DNA from: Mytilus californianus
Taxonomy: Eukaryota
Length of the DNA: 64,000 nucleotides
Direction of reading: 5' to 3'
Assembly: GCF_021869535.1 (NCBI RefSeq)
Contig: NW_026262626.1
Location: 10,726,001 to 10,790,000 of the forward strand
Each line of letters opens with the position of its first letter. The stretch's first letter is position 1. The notes beneath the pieces are model-generated. The model searched no databases and had not been told where the DNA came from. It saw only the letters and a program-made list of their open reading frames with translations. Made by a program: the position numbers and the translations under genes. Positions 61,001-64,000 of this stretch are shown in pieces.

Positions 61001-63654
61001 GTCAAGACATTTTGAAAAGGAGGTACCTCAATTTTGCTACATAACATGATTTAAAGGATGTATTATATTGTGACCTCACTAACTGAACCATACATTTCAT
61101 ATGTGATTCATTTTTTTCTTTTTGTATGAAGGGCTAATTTTGCCAAAGGAGCCATTTAGTGTTCTTGGAGTCTCTTGTTTTAATGTTTATTTCTCAAAAT
61201 TAAGCAAAAAAAATTCATAAACCTATTTATATTTTTCCAAAAATTTGAAAATTTTACATTTTGCAAAATTTAAATGTGGTTACTTTTGATTCAGTAGCAG
61301 AAGTGTATAATGTGTACAATATAAATATTTTTTTGCAGTTACCAAGTTGGTTCATGTTCACAGAACTGCCAAGCTGTGACCTTAGATGACACTTTGTCTT
61401 TTGGAGAACTGAAAGAAATGCACACCAAATTAAATAAGGTATAACTTTTAATAATTTCATTGTGATCATATGCTATATATATTTATTACAGAAGAAGGAT
61501 TTTCTTATTGCGGAAATAGTGATGGGAAAGATTTTGCAAACATAAAAACTCACATTTTTATGCAGCATTTCCTGAAATCGCAACAATTAACATCGCATTT
61601 CTGTCCACTTTTCAACAATGGCAATAATAAATATACAAAAACATTTTTGACTCAGTTATTACAGTATTAGCTTCAAACTGAAAGTCAGTACAGAATGTCT
61701 TTGCCAGCCCTCAATTTAGTCTACTGAAATGGTCGCCTGGGCGACTTTAAAAGCTGATTGGCGACCAAAAATTCTTAACTGGTCGCCATTTGGGCTATTA
61801 GAATATTGAAAATCTGGCGACCGTAAATTTTTCGGAAATTTTGCCCTGATCAGAGTTTGGTTTTAAAAATTGTCTGAGCGCTTGACAGTAACACAAATTT
61901 ATACTGTATTTCAAGCGCCTTTTGGATTTCAGCTTGATCTTGTCAGCGCTTTATTGCATCAGGTAATTGTTGGTCATTTGTAAGCATGGACTGAAAATGG
62001 CACAGATCTATCTTCTTCGTATTTTAGCACTCAGTCACAACTTTGACTATTACGTGCCGTTAGAAAGAAAACCATTGGCATTTATAGATTGTGTTATTGA
62101 AAGCACATGGTTGAGCCTCATTCTCGATTTCGTCAGTAAACAGATGAAACAAGGTCGGCGACAATATTGTAACTTGTTCTCATAGATTCAGTTAAATACC
62201 GGCTACAATTTCGCAAACGATTTTAGAGATTTTACTAGACTGGGGCTTCAGACTACCGCTAAACATTGCAGATTGATATAAAACATGTTCAATGAAATAA
62301 AATTAAATAAAAACACAGAACAAAAACATAATACTTTTATTTCACAAGGGTTTTTTAGCTAGAAAAAAATGTAGGCCACCTGAAATTATTTCCTGGCCAC
62401 TGAAATTTTGAGTTGGCCTCTAAATTTTCATATCTGGTGGCCAGTTGGCGACTTCATTTCAGAAGCTACTTAACTTTGAAGGCTGTTTGCATTTTCTAGG
62501 AATTTTTTGTGAATATCCTATATATATATTTGTTAATAGTTGGTAACAATGACTAATGCTTATTTTAAAGACACAATAATACTGAATGAGTGAGGTCTTT
62601 ATGATAGTTACCATCAAACATTCAAACTGTTTAATATCAGGAAATCACTCCTAAAGTTTGTTTCCTATGAATAATATTAAGGATGTTTGCTCCTCTTGTT
62701 TTTGAATTTTTGTCAGATATTCAGAATCCTTTAGTTTTATCCATGTAATGCCAATAAATATTTTGCTGGTTAACCCCTACTTTTCTTTTTATAATTTTGT
62801 TACGTATAGTTTAAAAAGCTTTATTTGAAAATCTTACAAAATCCTTGTTATTTTTTCATAGTTTTAGAAAGAAAAAAAGGTGCCAATGTTAAATGTATGA
62901 AAAATCTAGAGAGAATCACTTCCCGCAAAATTTTCAATGGCATGAAGCAGAGTAGCGAACATTCTTAAATTATTTGGCAGTTTCAATTTCTATAATTTTC
63001 AGATTATTAATTCTGAAGTTTAAGTACTTAAAAATTTATTTGGCTCAGTTTTGTTGAGTTTTCTGTAATTGTGCCTCATTAATATTTTTATGGATAACAT
63101 AAGTTAGATGGGGGATCACTGATGCCAAGTGGAATCACACCATCAGCATTGTTTATTTTTTATTACAGATAAAGCAAGTACTGATATCTGTAGACGGTAG
63201 ACTGAAACATATAGAGACATTCCTTGAGGAGTATGACGACCAACCAGAAAGTGTCCCCGATGACAGTCACAATATCAATCCTATTGAAATGTCTAGGAAA
63301 GAAGGCGGTTTTCACGCATTTATACCACCACAGCAACCAGAAACAGTTAGAAGACCAGAGACAGTGTCCAGGGAAATGTACAATTCTGGCGTGATCTCAG
63401 AAAATAATGTTCAGTCATACAATGCAGGGATGCTGTCAACAAAGGGTGCACAGAAAAGACCAGCGTTTAGGAAATTAGATGATGGGAATAGTAGTGTTTT
63501 TTCTAGAAGTGATGATCTTCTTCAGGAGACTGATGATGGACTTCAATCCAGCTACAGAACAAGTCAGTCATACATGGAGACACTTAAAAGGAAGAAGAAT
63601 TCTGATCCAAGGGCAGATAATTCAACTTACAAAAATAAAAGAAGCAAATATTAG
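58014..63654 (+). CDS. MIS18A: Mis18-family (Yippee/Mis18 Zn-binding fold) centromere licensing protein, Mis18-alpha-like, 317 aa. Exons: 58014-58191, 59253-59319, 59534-59656, 61339-61438, 63169-63654
   Basis: Two CxxC pairs (LVLQCSQCSSIVGDT; LKCEVCNEEIGRMYRTTPTQLDHLRGLFSLFIDKLTSYQVG), then a coiled-coil-like ELKEMHTKLNKIKQVLISVDGRLKHIE segment. Splice phases are consistent (1,2,2,0). The alpha versus beta (OIP5) assignment is tentative. Confidence 0.88.
61705..62485. mobile_element. Non-autonomous TIR element with CAG termini and an apparent 5-bp TSD (TTTGC)
   Basis: TTTGC|CAGCCCTCAA...TTGAAGGCTG|TTTGC, with repeated subterminal GGCGACC/GGTCGCC motifs (left) and GGCCAC/GTGGCC motifs (right). 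Confidence 0.6.
62681..62964. mobile_element. Internally deleted copy of the same TTAA-flanked element, in Mis18 intron 4
   Basis: TTAA|GGATGTTTGCTCCTC...GAGTAGCGAACATTC|TTAA; collinear with 1039-1427. Confidence 0.8.
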
Positions 63655-64000
63655 TCTGGGTACTAAATGTTTAAGTGCTAGAATGTCTAAAATCATATAT
63701 TATACCATTGTATTTAGAAATACAATATACCAGAAATGCTGGTGGGAACATTTGAATTAATGAAAGGAGTAGGTTAGATATAAGGCCCTAGAATGGCCCC
63801 TGATTCTAGCTTAAATTTGAAATTAGGATTTATTGACCAATGTCACAATAAATCATAGCTAATACAATTACTAAATAGGAAAAACATGTACATCTTTTTG
63901 TTGAATATTTACGTTCCTGCATTCTATTAATGGTGTCACAAATAGGACTCATTTTGATTTTCCGCGAAAAATAAATTCAATGAAAACAGGTAAATTAACA

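Noticed and set aside
60838-61047. GC-richer ORF in Mis18 intron 3
   Set aside because: No homology recognised and no phase-compatible exon needed; possibly an old transposon remnant.

Overview
AT-rich, intron-rich animal DNA, not prokaryotic. The repeat families look like those of a bivalve mollusc, probably Mytilus (inference from recall, no search run). Four spliced protein-coding genes can be rebuilt by hand from GT-AG sites and phase-consistent exons. (1) HGD, homogentisate 1,2-dioxygenase, + strand, 14 coding exons at 10108-26733; the start-codon exon is not firmly located. (2) An unnamed minus-strand gene (34321-43078, about 396 aa) encoding a PD-(D/E)xK restriction-endonuclease-like protein with an apparently intact E...PD...ExK core. 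The ORF track fragments it, and it is the most interesting item in the window. (3) MTRES1/C6orf203-like S4-domain mitochondrial RNA-binding protein, - strand, 50633-57706. (4) A Mis18 (Yippee-fold) centromere-licensing protein with a long C-terminal tail, + strand, 58014-63654, head-to-head with MTRES1 across 307 bp containing an E2F-type site. Much of the rest is repeats: Helentron-associated (HINE-like) elements carrying 120-180 bp tandem arrays, often nested; TTAA-, TA-, TTA- and 5-bp-TSD MITEs; two 5'-truncated CR1/L2-group LINEs; and a tRNA-derived SINE with a 13-bp TSD. No CRISPR, rRNA or true tRNA gene was found. Most short ORFs in the track are repeat or antisense artefacts.
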